In this document: in pieces, positions 8,345-18,176 of the stretch
How positions within the stretch are numbered: the stretch's first letter is position 1
Layout: every line of letters starts with the position of its first letter
Virus record (IMG/VR): IMGVR_UViG_3300035670_013234
Strand: one strand, 5' to 3'
Length of the DNA stretch: 58,018 nucleotides
DNA from: an uncultured virus (IMG/VR IMGVR_UViG_3300035670_013234)
Taxonomy: Duplodnaviria; Heunggongvirae; Uroviricota; Caudoviricetes
The notes under the pieces: model-generated
Database searches by the model: none
Seen by the model: the letters and a program-made list of their open reading frames with translations, nothing else
Told to the model about the DNA's origin: nothing
Made by a program: the position numbers and the translations under genes

Positions 8345-9532
8345 TCACTTAGGAAGCGTTTTGGTTATAGCTTTAACATAATAATCCATTGCACCGCTAA
8401 CCTCCTGGTCATCAACCGTTTCAACCGCAGTGACAGGAGCTTCGCTTCTGGCAGCTTTGGTTGGGAAGTAGCTCTCGCGAATCACTGCGAGCTTCTCCGT
8501 ATACTCACCCTCTGTGGTGAACTCAACGCCCTCTGCGAGCGACTTTATCTTCTGAACCTGCATTTCTGTGAGTCCTTCACAGGTGCGGCGAAGAATTTCG
8601 ACAGACTTAGACTCATTGAGTTGCTTTTCGAGTTGCTCCATCTGGCCAAGAGCTTCTTCAAGCAGCCCTTCAGCTTCGACGACTCGACCAGCCATTTCTT
8701 CAACGAGGTCAGCCTTTTCTTCGGGAACTTCGATATAATGTTCCACGAAGAGATTCTTGAGACCATTGATGAAGTCTTCGGCAATTTCAGCGCGAAGGCC
8801 AGTTTCAATGGCTACTTGGTTTTCTTTCATCCACTGCTCAACAACATAGTTGAGATACTCATCAACTTGCTCGGAGAGTTGAGCCTGGATAGCTTCGATT
8901 TCAGAAGCAACTTCTTTCTCATTCTCTTCGGCGATTTGATGGACGATTGTTTCTACGCGTGCACGAACAGCTGCTTCGAAGATCGTGGTCGCCTTGGTGC
9001 GGAACTCTTCGGAGAGTGACTCGCCATTGAAGAGTGCATCAACGTCTTCTTTGCAAGAACCCATGCTGGAATCAACCATGCCTTTCATCTTAGCCTTACG
9101 CGCTTCGATGATTTCTTCTTCGGTCAGTTCGGGGAGTTGCTCGACTTCTTCTTGCTCAGCGACAACTTCTTGCGCTTCTTCTGATTCAAGCTCAGCGAAA
9201 AACTGCTCGCGCTCTTCGTCAGTTAGGCTCTCAAGGAACTGCTCAACTTCTTCTTCGGTGAGCTCTTGCTCTTCCTCAATAACTTCTTCCGTTGACTCAA
9301 CTTCGTCTTCGGCGAGCTTTTTCATTGGCTCAGAAGTAGCGCCTTCTTTGCCAGGCTTAGGTGCTTCTTTCTGCTTGCCAGCAGCTGTAACGCCAATAGC
9401 AGTTGGCTCGGTTGTTGGCGTTTGTCCGCCAAGTTCTTCGGCGTCGCCTGGACCCTTTTGCATTGGATCCTTTGCTTTGCCGAGTGTTTGGCTAAGGATT
9501 TCAGCGGCAGATTCTGTGAGAGACTTGCTCAT
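8345..9532 (-). CDS. gp22: Prohead core scaffold protein
   Basis: Acidic coiled coil; LSEEFRTKATTIFEAAV, YLNYVVEQW, FINGLKNLFVEHYI; between gp21 and gp23. Confidence 0.95.
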   Translation of the reverse strand: MSKSLTESAAEILSQTLGKAKDPMQKGPGDAEELGGQTPTTEPTAIGVTAAGKQKEAPKPGKEGATSEPMKKLAEDEVESTEEVIEEEQELTEEEVEQFLESLTDEEREQFFAELESEEAQEVVAEQEEVEQLPELTEEEIIEARKAKMKGMVDSSMGSCKEDVDALFNGESLSEEFRTKATTIFEAAVRARVETIVHQIAEENEKEVASEIEAIQAQLSEQVDEYLNYVVEQWMKENQVAIETGLRAEIAEDFINGLKNLFVEHYIEVPEEKADLVEEMAGRVVEAEGLLEEALGQMEQLEKQLNESKSVEILRRTCEGLTEMQVQKIKSLAEGVEFTTEGEYTEKLAVIRESYFPTKAARSEAPVTAVETVDDQEVSGAMDYYVKAITKTLPK

Positions 9533-9558
9533 TTGTAAACTCCTATAAGAGATTAATT

Positions 9559-9566
9559 TATTTATA
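9559..9566 (-). promoter_or_regulatory. Late promoter for gp22-gp23
   Basis: TATAAATA followed by SD AGGAG before ATG 9532. Confidence 0.85.
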
Positions 9567-9570
9567 ATAA

Positions 9571-10215
9571 TTAAAGTTTTGACATAAAGTTTTCAAAGAT
9601 CTTCAAGGAGATCTCTTCTATTTGTCGTTGCTTTGCCTTCTTCATTTGCTCATGGTATTCTACGATATTGACCTCATGGACAACACCATTGTTCCATACC
9701 CATTCTTTGCCTTCCATGATACCTTGTACAAAGGCACCTGGAGCTGAAGGATCTGCAACGATATCTGCCGCTGTAGCTAGATAATAGTCATCTTGCACCA
9801 CGTTGACACCATTCACTTCTTTGAGTGAACCCATGCCACGCGATGATACACCAAGGGTAGCTCCGCCTTCCATCAGTGCTTTGGCGATTTTACCCATTGG
9901 AGTTTCAAGAATTTTTGCCTTTCCGACGAAATTGTTTCCCTCTTGCTTGAGCGAAACAATCATGTGTGATACTCGATCGAGGTTGATTGAAGGTGAGTCG
10001 GGATGACCAAGCTCTCCAAATGCTCGATTGTTCTTGACATATTCTTCGTTATAACGATCAACTTCCTTGGCCAGCGTACCAATTGGATAGATACGGCCAT
10101 TGCGGTTCTTTTGTTCACCAACAAGGAATGGACCTTGAATGAAGAGAGACTTAACACCATTTTTAGTTTCGGTGATAATCTTTACTTCATTGATATTTTC
10201 GGTGATAAGTTTCAT
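9571..10215 (-). CDS. gp21: Prohead protease
   Basis: KNRNGRIYP, GELGHP, GVSSRGMGS, DIVADPSAPGAFV. Confidence 0.98.
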   Translation of the reverse strand: MKLITENINEVKIITETKNGVKSLFIQGPFLVGEQKNRNGRIYPIGTLAKEVDRYNEEYVKNNRAFGELGHPDSPSINLDRVSHMIVSLKQEGNNFVGKAKILETPMGKIAKALMEGGATLGVSSRGMGSLKEVNGVNVVQDDYYLATAADIVADPSAPGAFVQGIMEGKEWVWNNGVVHEVNIVEYHEQMKKAKQRQIEEISLKIFENFMSKL

Positions 10216-10217
10216 CC

Positions 10218-10547
10218 TTATACTCCAAGTGTTGATCTTTTTCTTAGTGATCTTTTTCTTTTCATCAACGCTCTGGCTAACTTAGCTTTTCTTTTGAGCT
10301 TACCACGACGCTGAGAGATCTTACGATTGAGTCGCTCTTTGGCACTCATTCTCTTCATCTTTCCACCACGAAGCGTATAACCAGCGACATTAGAAACTTT
10401 CTTTCTTCGCTGAATCTTTCCGCCTCGAACTCTCGCTTTAACTATTTTTACTCTAGGTGCTTCATCTAGCTGGATAATATCCTTCAGCATATCCAACTTT
10501 TCTTCAAGAATGCGACGAAGTTTTGCTTCAATTATTTCTCTATTCAT
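10218..10547 (-). CDS. Basic prohead core protein, gp68-like
   Basis: Very Lys/Arg-rich C-terminal part ending RKRSLRKRSTLGV; position immediately upstream of gp21. Confidence 0.7.
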   Translation of the reverse strand: MNREIIEAKLRRILEEKLDMLKDIIQLDEAPRVKIVKARVRGGKIQRRKKVSNVAGYTLRGGKMKRMSAKERLNRKISQRRGKLKRKAKLARALMKRKRSLRKRSTLGV

Positions 10548-10765
10548 TCTGCAACACCAGAGATAGGAGCACTGAGCTGACCAATTTCATTGAAAGGAAT
10601 CGTGAATACCATGCCGTACTGATCGTTTGTGTACATTGCAACTTTTCTACCATCAGGGAATATACGAATACCACGACGGCGAAGTACCAGCATTGCTGCT
10701 GGAATTATTTCTTTATCAAACGATCTAGCTTCGGCTAGATTTTCACGAAGCTCCTTAAATCTCAT
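10544..10765 (-). CDS. Hypothetical prohead-region protein
   Basis: 73-aa ORF coupled by overlaps on both sides; MRFKELRENLAE resembles a capsid-targeting N-terminus. Confidence 0.7.
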   Translation of the reverse strand: MRFKELRENLAEARSFDKEIIPAAMLVLRRRGIRIFPDGRKVAMYTNDQYGMVFTIPFNEIGQLSAPISGVAE

Positions 10766-12090
10766 TGCATTTTTTCTTTCTTGAGAGCCGACATAGCAGC
10801 ACTTCTGTTAACAGCACTGAGGCCGCCAGTCTTTTCCATATAGCTTGTTACCAGAGTACGATGTCCAGCGGATAGCTTATTGATATCGCCGTGCTTACGA
10901 TATGCTCTGAGTGCATTGATTGTCGAAGAACGCTCTGACCCTTTCATCCCAAGAGCAGACATCTTTTGTGTATCAGAAACTTCTTCGCTCATGCCTTTTC
11001 TATTTTTTGCCTTCCATGCAGTAGCATACGCAATGGCTTTTTCTTTGTTAGTCAGAGTGCCATCCTTTGAGTATGATTTTTTGATGTCCTTGACCATACG
11101 CTCATACTTTGCGCCAGGAGGAGCTTTCTCTGATACTTGTTCAGGCTCTTCCTTCATCATTCTATTTTTGATTTTATCTTTTAATTTGGTTTGGACATCT
11201 TTGGTAATCTTACCAGCTCTTGGACCTTTAGTTACAACATTTCTCATTTGATGAGCTTTGCGAGTTGCTGCATCAACTTTTGGACCACTGTCTGAATAGC
11301 CAGTAGTTGTGCCTATAACTTCTTGTACTTGCTCGACTTCTTCCTTTTTCACTTTTTTTGATATAGCGAGATGCTGTTGTATTTCGTCATCAGTCATTTT
11401 TGTTTTGCGTGTTACTCTCGCCAATTTCTGCGCAGCATCACCTTTGGACATTGACCAACCTTTTTTTCTAAGTTTGCCCGTCGCTTTATCTATGCCATAA
11501 CCTATACTTGTAAGTTTGCGTCGCAAATCGCTGCGTGGACCTTCGTCGATTTGCTCGGCTTCTTCTTTCATATTTCTTTTCTCAGCCTTAGCTCGGCCAA
11601 GTTTAGCCAGAAACGCAGCTCGATTCTTGACTACGTTGCCATACTTATCTTTACGTGATGTGCTAGCTTTACGATAAGGCCCAGCAAAAGGAGCATTCTT
11701 CTTATCTTCTTCGTAGCCTTCTTTGACCAACTGATCAATTACTGATTTGTCAGCTGTGATCTTTTTGTTTGTTACTTTTGGAGGAAGTCCTTTACCACGA
11801 CCAAGTTCTGTTGTTGTCACATCGACAATACCACGATTGGGCATCTCAGAAAGAGTTTCTTCTTTCATTTCTTCTTCGTCGTCATCTTCTTCTTCATCTT
11901 CACACTCGCAGTCTTTCATTGGTTTGCCACACTCAGGGCACTCTTTTGCTTCAGCAAACATTGTTGATGCAAGTTCAACTTTCTTCACTTCAAGAGTATC
12001 TTCGATCTTTTGAGAAAGAATATTCAGGAAAGAATCAACTGAATCTTCTTCTTGATTGAGAATTGATACAACAAGGTTTTCCGTGGACAT
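10762..12090 (-). CDS. gp67-like prohead core protein with long modular extension (internal head polyprotein)
   Basis: Follows portal; N-terminal ILSQKIEDTLEVKKVELASTMF is gp67-like; then CPECGKPMKDCEC, an acidic run and basic modules separated by KEE..Q.xE linkers. Confidence 0.7.
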   Translation of the reverse strand: MSTENLVVSILNQEEDSVDSFLNILSQKIEDTLEVKKVELASTMFAEAKECPECGKPMKDCECEDEEEDDDEEEMKEETLSEMPNRGIVDVTTTELGRGKGLPPKVTNKKITADKSVIDQLVKEGYEEDKKNAPFAGPYRKASTSRKDKYGNVVKNRAAFLAKLGRAKAEKRNMKEEAEQIDEGPRSDLRRKLTSIGYGIDKATGKLRKKGWSMSKGDAAQKLARVTRKTKMTDDEIQQHLAISKKVKKEEVEQVQEVIGTTTGYSDSGPKVDAATRKAHQMRNVVTKGPRAGKITKDVQTKLKDKIKNRMMKEEPEQVSEKAPPGAKYERMVKDIKKSYSKDGTLTNKEKAIAYATAWKAKNRKGMSEEVSDTQKMSALGMKGSERSSTINALRAYRKHGDINKLSAGHRTLVTSYMEKTGGLSAVNRSAAMSALKKEKMQ

Positions 12091-13715
12091 TATTGATTCC
12101 CCTGAGGAGTAGTGTTAGCATTAGCATTATTTATATTTTGTTGTGCTTGTAGTTGAGCTTCTGCTTGTGCTTGAATACTTAGTGCGCTCTTCTGCGCTTC
12201 GATCTGAGCAATTGCCATAGTCTCATCTTGATCCTCGGCAATCTCTTTTTTCATCTCATCAATTTCTTCTTCGCTGAGTTTCAGAATATTTTTCCGAACC
12301 CACTGCATTGAGTAGTATGTTCCAATGAATGGAGTCATTGTATTCAGAAGCATTACACGCGAAGTCATTAGATCAGCTTCTTTGAGCTCAGCAAAGTTAT
12401 TGTCTTCGATGAAATCGTAGTGGATGAATTCTTTGATCTGATCCCACTCTTCCATCGAAGCAATATTTTTCAGAGCCAATTGCCTTTTCATTAGCTCGTC
12501 AAAAATAGTGCAGAACTTATTACGAAGTTTCTCAACAAACTTTGAGAACTTCAATTCGTCTCGAGTGATTTCTGTTGTTCGACCAAGCGTAAATCCTTGG
12601 TTGGGTTCAAGACGAGATACTGGAACGTTGAGTGATTTGTATAGTTTCTGCTCAAAGTATTTGACGTCTGTTAGTTCGCCAAGATTCTGACCAGCTGGCA
12701 GTGTAGTAATCTCAGTTGATTTACCTTCGCCGCGCCGTGGAATCCAGAAGTCTTCGATCATTGACATGAATCGACGATCATCTCTGACTTCACCAGTTGA
12801 TGCGTCGTATACGATCTTGTTACGGAACTTAGTCATAATATCTTTAAGGTACTGTTCTGCCTTCATCTTGGGCAGATTACCAACGTCAATATAAAACACT
12901 CGACGCTCAGGCGCACGAGAGAGGCGATAGATTACAATCGCATCTTCAATCATACGCAACTGGTTGAGTGGTTTAATTGCCTTGTGTAGATAAGAGAGAA
13001 CCAGGTTTCTGGAAACGTCCATGAGGCCTGAGTTAATGTTTACAACTGAATCTGTTGCAAGTTTAACTGAGTTATCGACTGGACTTGTTACAACGGCAGT
13101 ACCTGAACTAGTAAGTGACTTGTCGTTGTAAATGTAAAATTCTTGAACTGATTTGACATATTCTGCACCAGTTCTTGGATCTTTTGCTTTATCAACAGCT
13201 TTTACCTTTCGAATCTTTCTTGGATCAAGATATACAAGACCGCTGATGCCTTGGGCTGGATTCTTTTGATCAATTTGTACTTGATAGAATAATCTGCCGT
13301 CGACATACCAACGGCGGAATACATCTGATCCTGAGTTATTAAAGTCAAGAAGACGAAGAACGTTTTTAAATTCTTCGCGGATCATGTCTTTAATTTTATC
13401 ATCAACCTCAAGATCATCAAGAACAATATCGACAGACATGCCTTTGTCATCGCGGACAATGGCTTCATTGACAATTTCGTCGACAGCTTGTTCGACCTCT
13501 GGCTGCATATCCATTGAACGATAGCGAGTGATTAGCTCGTTCTCGTTCTTAAATGCAGTGTCTAGATTAAGATAGGTTCCATAGTAGCCACCAAGTGCAC
13601 TGGAACCAAGGACATATGCACCATCATCTTCTTGAGGTGCAGCAATCGCTGGTAATTCTGATTGTACCAGGTCTTGCTTTCGAACAATTTCGAAACCGAA
13701 AAGTGAAACTGCCAT
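12090..13715 (-). CDS. gp20: Portal protein
   Basis: LFGFEI, FRRWYVDGR, SYLHKAIKPLNQLRMIEDA, RAPERRVFYIDVGNLPK, EDFWIPRR, TEITTLPAGQNLG. Confidence 0.98.
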   Translation of the reverse strand: MAVSLFGFEIVRKQDLVQSELPAIAAPQEDDGAYVLGSSALGGYYGTYLNLDTAFKNENELITRYRSMDMQPEVEQAVDEIVNEAIVRDDKGMSVDIVLDDLEVDDKIKDMIREEFKNVLRLLDFNNSGSDVFRRWYVDGRLFYQVQIDQKNPAQGISGLVYLDPRKIRKVKAVDKAKDPRTGAEYVKSVQEFYIYNDKSLTSSGTAVVTSPVDNSVKLATDSVVNINSGLMDVSRNLVLSYLHKAIKPLNQLRMIEDAIVIYRLSRAPERRVFYIDVGNLPKMKAEQYLKDIMTKFRNKIVYDASTGEVRDDRRFMSMIEDFWIPRRGEGKSTEITTLPAGQNLGELTDVKYFEQKLYKSLNVPVSRLEPNQGFTLGRTTEITRDELKFSKFVEKLRNKFCTIFDELMKRQLALKNIASMEEWDQIKEFIHYDFIEDNNFAELKEADLMTSRVMLLNTMTPFIGTYYSMQWVRKNILKLSEEEIDEMKKEIAEDQDETMAIAQIEAQKSALSIQAQAEAQLQAQQNINNANANTTPQGNQ

Positions 13716-13730
13716 ATATTACTCCATTTC

Positions 13731-13757
13731 AAAGAAAGGGGGAGTTTTACCTCCCCC
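13731..13757 (-). terminator. Intrinsic terminator after gp19
   Basis: GGGGGAG-GUAAAA-CUCCCCC-UUUCUUU on the minus strand. Confidence 0.85.
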
Positions 13758-13766
13758 GTTCAACTA

Positions 13767-14354
13767 TTAACCACCAGTTACAGGATTAGCAACAGTCTGA
13801 TCAAGTGAAGTCCAGTACTGATAGGCAAGAGTTACAGAGAACTCTTCAATCGTATCGTTTGAACCCCAGTCCAGATCGATTGCTGCAATATCCGTTGGGA
13901 ACGCACCAACAAACTTATACTTCTTGATTGGAACTCCGCCATACTTAGCGTACTGGCGAACTTCCATATCAACCGCATAAGAAATACCAGGTGTTGCTGG
14001 TGATGTGCTTAGAGCACGAACGTCGCGCAAGTTCAGAACGTTCTCGTTGATCCCACGATGCCAACGCTCAAATGCGTTCTTAAGAAGGAACGTCTCGTCG
14101 TTGATAATCGTTACTGACCACTCGGTAAAAGTTCTGTTACCAGCTACCTTGACTTCACGGCCCCAGTAAGGAACAGTGATTGCACCAATCGTTGAGCCTG
14201 GAAGCTGGGCGCTCTTGCAGAAGAAACGAGAGGTTGTGCCAGCAAGATTCCCCAATTCAACATAGTTGGGGAACTGCATGACACACTCGAACAGGTTTGG
14301 CCTAGCTCCATCAAACACCATTGCAGATCGAAAGATATCTACATTAAACGCCAT
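13767..14354 (-). CDS. gp19: Tail tube protein
   Basis: GARPNLF, CKSAQLPGS, GREVKVAGNRTF.EW, IEEFSVTLAYQYW. Confidence 0.97.
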   Translation of the reverse strand: MAFNVDIFRSAMVFDGARPNLFECVMQFPNYVELGNLAGTTSRFFCKSAQLPGSTIGAITVPYWGREVKVAGNRTFTEWSVTIINDETFLLKNAFERWHRGINENVLNLRDVRALSTSPATPGISYAVDMEVRQYAKYGGVPIKKYKFVGAFPTDIAAIDLDWGSNDTIEEFSVTLAYQYWTSLDQTVANPVTGG

Positions 14355-14380
14355 TTTGTCTTACTCCTATGAGTTTTTAT

Positions 14381-14388
14381 TATTTATT
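14381..14388 (-). promoter_or_regulatory. Late promoter variant for gp19
   Basis: AATAAATA overlapping the gp18 stop codon, followed by SD AGGAG. Confidence 0.65.
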
Positions 14389-16096
14389 AGAACTGACCAA
14401 CAACTTCCTCGAAGGAAACACCAGTCGCAACAGCTACGAAGTTCAACTGGATAAAGTTGATGCTCTTAGCTGGTTTAATATAGATGTCTCCGACGAACTC
14501 ATTTCGGTCAATCACATCAGGCGTATTGTTTGATTCGTCGCACACTACGCGGAAGTCGTAGATACCACGACGGCCCTGTACGGTGCGTAGGAATGGTTCA
14601 ACAAGATTGACAAACTGAGCTCTTGTGAATTCGTCATTGAACTCAAAGAGGCTGGTTCTAGCAGCACGAGAGATTGCTTTCTCTAGCGTGATGAACAGTC
14701 GACGGACGTTGATTCGATCGAATGCGCTAGCATAGCTGAGCATCGTCTTATCGCCAAACAACAGAGTACCATCGCCAGCAGCGCTAACTACTGGGTTGAT
14801 TCCGTTCTTATAGAGAGTATCTCTTTCAGTTTTGTTTGGATTGTATGCCAGCTTCAGAGCATTCTTGATTTGACCGCGAGTTAGACCAGCGGGGGAGAAC
14901 CAAGGATCTCTTTCAAAGTCTGTACGAGCACAGAGACCAGCGATATCGCCGTTGAGTGGAACCCAACGATAGATTTCGTTGTAGCGGTCGTACATATACT
15001 TCCATCCACTATCCATTACTGCATAGCTAGAGGAGAGGTTGGCGAGAGTCGCAGTTCTGAAGTTGACAACTTGAGTTACGTTTGTCGCTCCAACAACGTT
15101 AGCCCTGTCTGGTGAAATGAACACAACAACATCTTTTCTAACTTCAGCAATGTTATCAACAATATATTTTGGAATTGTTGCAGTCTGGTCGCCTCCAGCC
15201 ATAATTAATGAAACATCAGTTGCTAAATCTTCCGTCTTAAGGAGATCGTATGCGCTTTGCATCTGAGCAGCTGTGGCGCCAGTCAAAGATCCGCCAGTTA
15301 GGTTAAATGTTGTTCCTCCAGTTTGCCACCCGAAAACTTTTGTATTGCTCGTGACAGCATCATCCCAAGCATCTCCATCAGTAATAGCGCCAGGTTTTGA
15401 AGTTACATAAATGTATTTGGAGTTTTTATAGATTACATCTCTCCACCAGTTGCTTTGGCCGTCTTGAGTTTTTGCATTTCTAGCCTTAGAAACTGCTGCA
15501 AACCTCTCAAGAACTGTATTGGCGGCTCCAGTAAATTTGCCTTGGCCATCAATAACGACAACGTGCATTTCATCGTTGGCGAGAGTATTATTAAAGTTTG
15601 ATTTAATGTATTGGCTGGTGCCAGGAATTCTGTCAAACAGACCGCTGTATGGCCAGCTACTGAATGCTGTCGCGTCGGTATTTGCGAAAATCTCAACACG
15701 AAGTCCTGTTCCTAATGTACCTGGATAGCGAGCTGTTAGTACAGCAGTGCTATCAATTCCATATCTGCTAGTTTGATAATCCTCTTCGTTTTTAATGAGA
15801 ATTGGCGAACCTGCATCGATAGCATTAACATCGCTAGATTCCACTGAACGAATCACTCGAATATCGCCAGAATAAGAAAGGAAGCTGGCTGCAGTGAAAA
15901 ATGCGTTTGCTGTTGTATTTGTTGGCTTACCGAACGTTTCGACAAGCTGCTTTTCTGATGTAATTTGAGTTAGTTGAAGAGCTGGACCCCACTCAAAGTT
16001 TCCTGCAACAGCACCAACTGAAGAAGAAGGTGGTGAAATGATGCGAGTAAGATCGATCTCAGATACGTTCACTCCTGGTGATACTTGAAATGCCAT
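14387..16096 (-). CDS. gp18: Tail sheath protein
   Basis: SPGVNVSEIDLT, WGP, PWFSPAG, LFGDKT, FDRINVRRLF, CDESNNT, IKPAKSINFIQLNF. Confidence 0.98.
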   Translation of the reverse strand: MAFQVSPGVNVSEIDLTRIISPPSSSVGAVAGNFEWGPALQLTQITSEKQLVETFGKPTNTTANAFFTAASFLSYSGDIRVIRSVESSDVNAIDAGSPILIKNEEDYQTSRYGIDSTAVLTARYPGTLGTGLRVEIFANTDATAFSSWPYSGLFDRIPGTSQYIKSNFNNTLANDEMHVVVIDGQGKFTGAANTVLERFAAVSKARNAKTQDGQSNWWRDVIYKNSKYIYVTSKPGAITDGDAWDDAVTSNTKVFGWQTGGTTFNLTGGSLTGATAAQMQSAYDLLKTEDLATDVSLIMAGGDQTATIPKYIVDNIAEVRKDVVVFISPDRANVVGATNVTQVVNFRTATLANLSSSYAVMDSGWKYMYDRYNEIYRWVPLNGDIAGLCARTDFERDPWFSPAGLTRGQIKNALKLAYNPNKTERDTLYKNGINPVVSAAGDGTLLFGDKTMLSYASAFDRINVRRLFITLEKAISRAARTSLFEFNDEFTRAQFVNLVEPFLRTVQGRRGIYDFRVVCDESNNTPDVIDRNEFVGDIYIKPAKSINFIQLNFVAVATGVSFEEVVGQF

Positions 16097-16142
16097 TGCG
16101 GTGTACTCCTAATTAGGAAAGAATTGTGAAAGATGTACCTAT

Positions 16143-16150
16143 TATTTAGT
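16143..16150 (-). promoter_or_regulatory. Late promoter variant for gp18
   Basis: ACTAAATA in the gp17-gp18 gap, upstream of SD AGGAG. Confidence 0.6.
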
Positions 16151-16156
16151 TTTTTT

Positions 16157-17785
16157 CTAATTTACGACATCCCAAACAGCACCATCAAATACCTCTCGAC
16201 TGGCCATAAAATCATCACTAGTCATTGGAATCGGAAGCATTTCTTCATCAATCCGACTCATCTGATCTCTATACAGCCTGTCTTTAATATTCATATTACA
16301 TATATCAGCAAAGAAACTCTGGTTAGTCATCCAAGAAAATAAAACTAGACACATCACCAGATCGTCATGGGACCCTTCATCAGCCTCATAGCTATTCCCT
16401 TTATTTATAAATGTAGACAATTCAGAGATAATCTCGAAGTCTTCGATGATTATTTTGTAAGATTCAATCATACTTTTCATCAAAGAGCAGCCAAGGCGCT
16501 TGACTGATTTGGTTGTTCGAATACCTCGATCGGCTTTTCTGCCTCCAACTGACCAACTCAAACTTACTCTATTTTTAATCACCGTTGTAGATAATATATT
16601 CTCATACTCAAAGTCATCAAATAGACTATCAACTACCTGCTGACCATTATCATTAATCTCGACTAGCACATATGCATCATTGTATAATTTACCGATCCTG
16701 GATATAATCGAAGGAAACACAACTGGCGATACTTCGTTATCTTTATATCGAGCTACAATCTGATAAGGGATTTCACTTACATCAATCACCACAAAGGCAG
16801 AATAGTCTAACCCCTTACCTCTAGCTGTATCAGCCACAATTACATAATTTCTCCCAATTACTGGTTCCTGGAAGAATACCAGTCCATGAATAACTGGAGC
16901 TGAAATCTTTGGAGTCTTGAATACCAGCGACTTCAGAACATAGCCTGAGATAAGAGTTCCTGCGCTGCCTTGGAATTCCGTTTCCATTTCTTGCAAGTAT
17001 TTCTCATCACCAAGAACTCTCCGCTGTTCCATGGCCCATTCTTCGGTTCGACCTGGAACCTGGCGCCAGTTAGCCTCAACATGGACAAATCCATTGCGCC
17101 CTTCAGTTGCCTCATTCCACATCTTGTAATAGTGGTTCATACCGTTAGGCGTCGAAGAGATCAAGATCTTCGAAGATTTACCAGAAGTAATTGTAGGGTA
17201 AACTGAGGTGAAGAAGTCTTCGGCTATGTTATTTGGTACGAATGCAAATTCGTCAAGATACAGTAGAGAGATAGAGAAACCTCGAATAGCAGAAGAAGCA
17301 GTTGAGTCAGCTAGAATTCTTGAATTATTCTCTAACTCAATGTCACCTTTGTTCCACGTTCGAACTCCCTGCTGAATCCAATGAGGCAATTCTTCATAGG
17401 CTATCTTGATACGCGACAGAATTTCTCTGGCTGTCTTTGCTTTGTTGGCCAGAATAGCAACCAGCTTTTCTTCATTGAATAAAATATACCAGAGAATATA
17501 ACCAACAACCATCGTGGTCTTACCAACCTGACGGCCAGCTTTGATGATCACCATTCGATTGTTGTTGATTTTATCGACAGCTTCTTTCTGAAATGGATAA
17601 AGTTGTATTTTCTTTAAGCCTTCGTCAAGAGTAATAATCTTGACATATCGCTCAATAAAATAACAGGGATCAGTAGCGCAGCGAATATATTCTTGTACTT
17701 CTTCTTCGCGGAGGTTTACTTGGACGCCAATTCGCTTGAGCTTCGGCGAGCCCATATAGCCACGAAAACGTTCAATCGTCTGCAT
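16157..17785 (-). CDS. gp17: Terminase large subunit
   Basis: LYPFQ, Walker A AGRQVGKTT, Walker B LYLDEFAF, SSTPNG, nuclease DTARG..DYSA and HDDLVM; no intein visible. Confidence 0.98.
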   Translation of the reverse strand: MQTIERFRGYMGSPKLKRIGVQVNLREEEVQEYIRCATDPCYFIERYVKIITLDEGLKKIQLYPFQKEAVDKINNNRMVIIKAGRQVGKTTMVVGYILWYILFNEEKLVAILANKAKTAREILSRIKIAYEELPHWIQQGVRTWNKGDIELENNSRILADSTASSAIRGFSISLLYLDEFAFVPNNIAEDFFTSVYPTITSGKSSKILISSTPNGMNHYYKMWNEATEGRNGFVHVEANWRQVPGRTEEWAMEQRRVLGDEKYLQEMETEFQGSAGTLISGYVLKSLVFKTPKISAPVIHGLVFFQEPVIGRNYVIVADTARGKGLDYSAFVVIDVSEIPYQIVARYKDNEVSPVVFPSIISRIGKLYNDAYVLVEINDNGQQVVDSLFDDFEYENILSTTVIKNRVSLSWSVGGRKADRGIRTTKSVKRLGCSLMKSMIESYKIIIEDFEIISELSTFINKGNSYEADEGSHDDLVMCLVLFSWMTNQSFFADICNMNIKDRLYRDQMSRIDEEMLPIPMTSDDFMASREVFDGAVWDVVN

Positions 17786-18176
17786 TTTTTATTTTCTTAA
17801 GAAGATCACTAGTTGAACCAACAAACACTGCTTTTTCTACGTTTACTTGTTGGACTTCGGCTTTGTTGCCTTCGAGTTCTTTCTTTTGTTTTTGTAGCAG
17901 TAAAAGTTTGTCGGTCATATCACTGAGATTCTTTAGCATATTACCAGCAACTTCATAGGCCCGTGGATGCTGGCCTTCACGAGCAACCTCAAGAATACCT
18001 TCAAGTGCTTCGTTACCTTTCTCAATTAAATTATAATAATTTGCTCGAGAATAGTTGTAATCATCCTGAGCGTCTTTTGGTATAGCCAGAGGTTTCGGTT
18101 CTTCACGAACAACTGGAGCCATATCATTAGGAACTTCAAGAATGTCACTCATGTTATTATCAAATTCTGTACTCAT
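17772..18176 (-). CDS. gp16: Terminase small subunit
   Basis: DDYNYSRANYY, HPRAYEV, VFVGSTSDL. Confidence 0.95.
   Translation of the reverse strand: MSTEFDNNMSDILEVPNDMAPVVREEPKPLAIPKDAQDDYNYSRANYYNLIEKGNEALEGILEVAREGQHPRAYEVAGNMLKNLSDMTDKLLLLQKQKKELEGNKAEVQQVNVEKAVFVGSTSDLLKKIKNADD

Noticed and set aside
6904..9548. Alternative-frame and antisense ORFs over gp23/gp22
   Set aside because: Expected from the strong codon bias of highly expressed genes; no RBS or recognisable motifs
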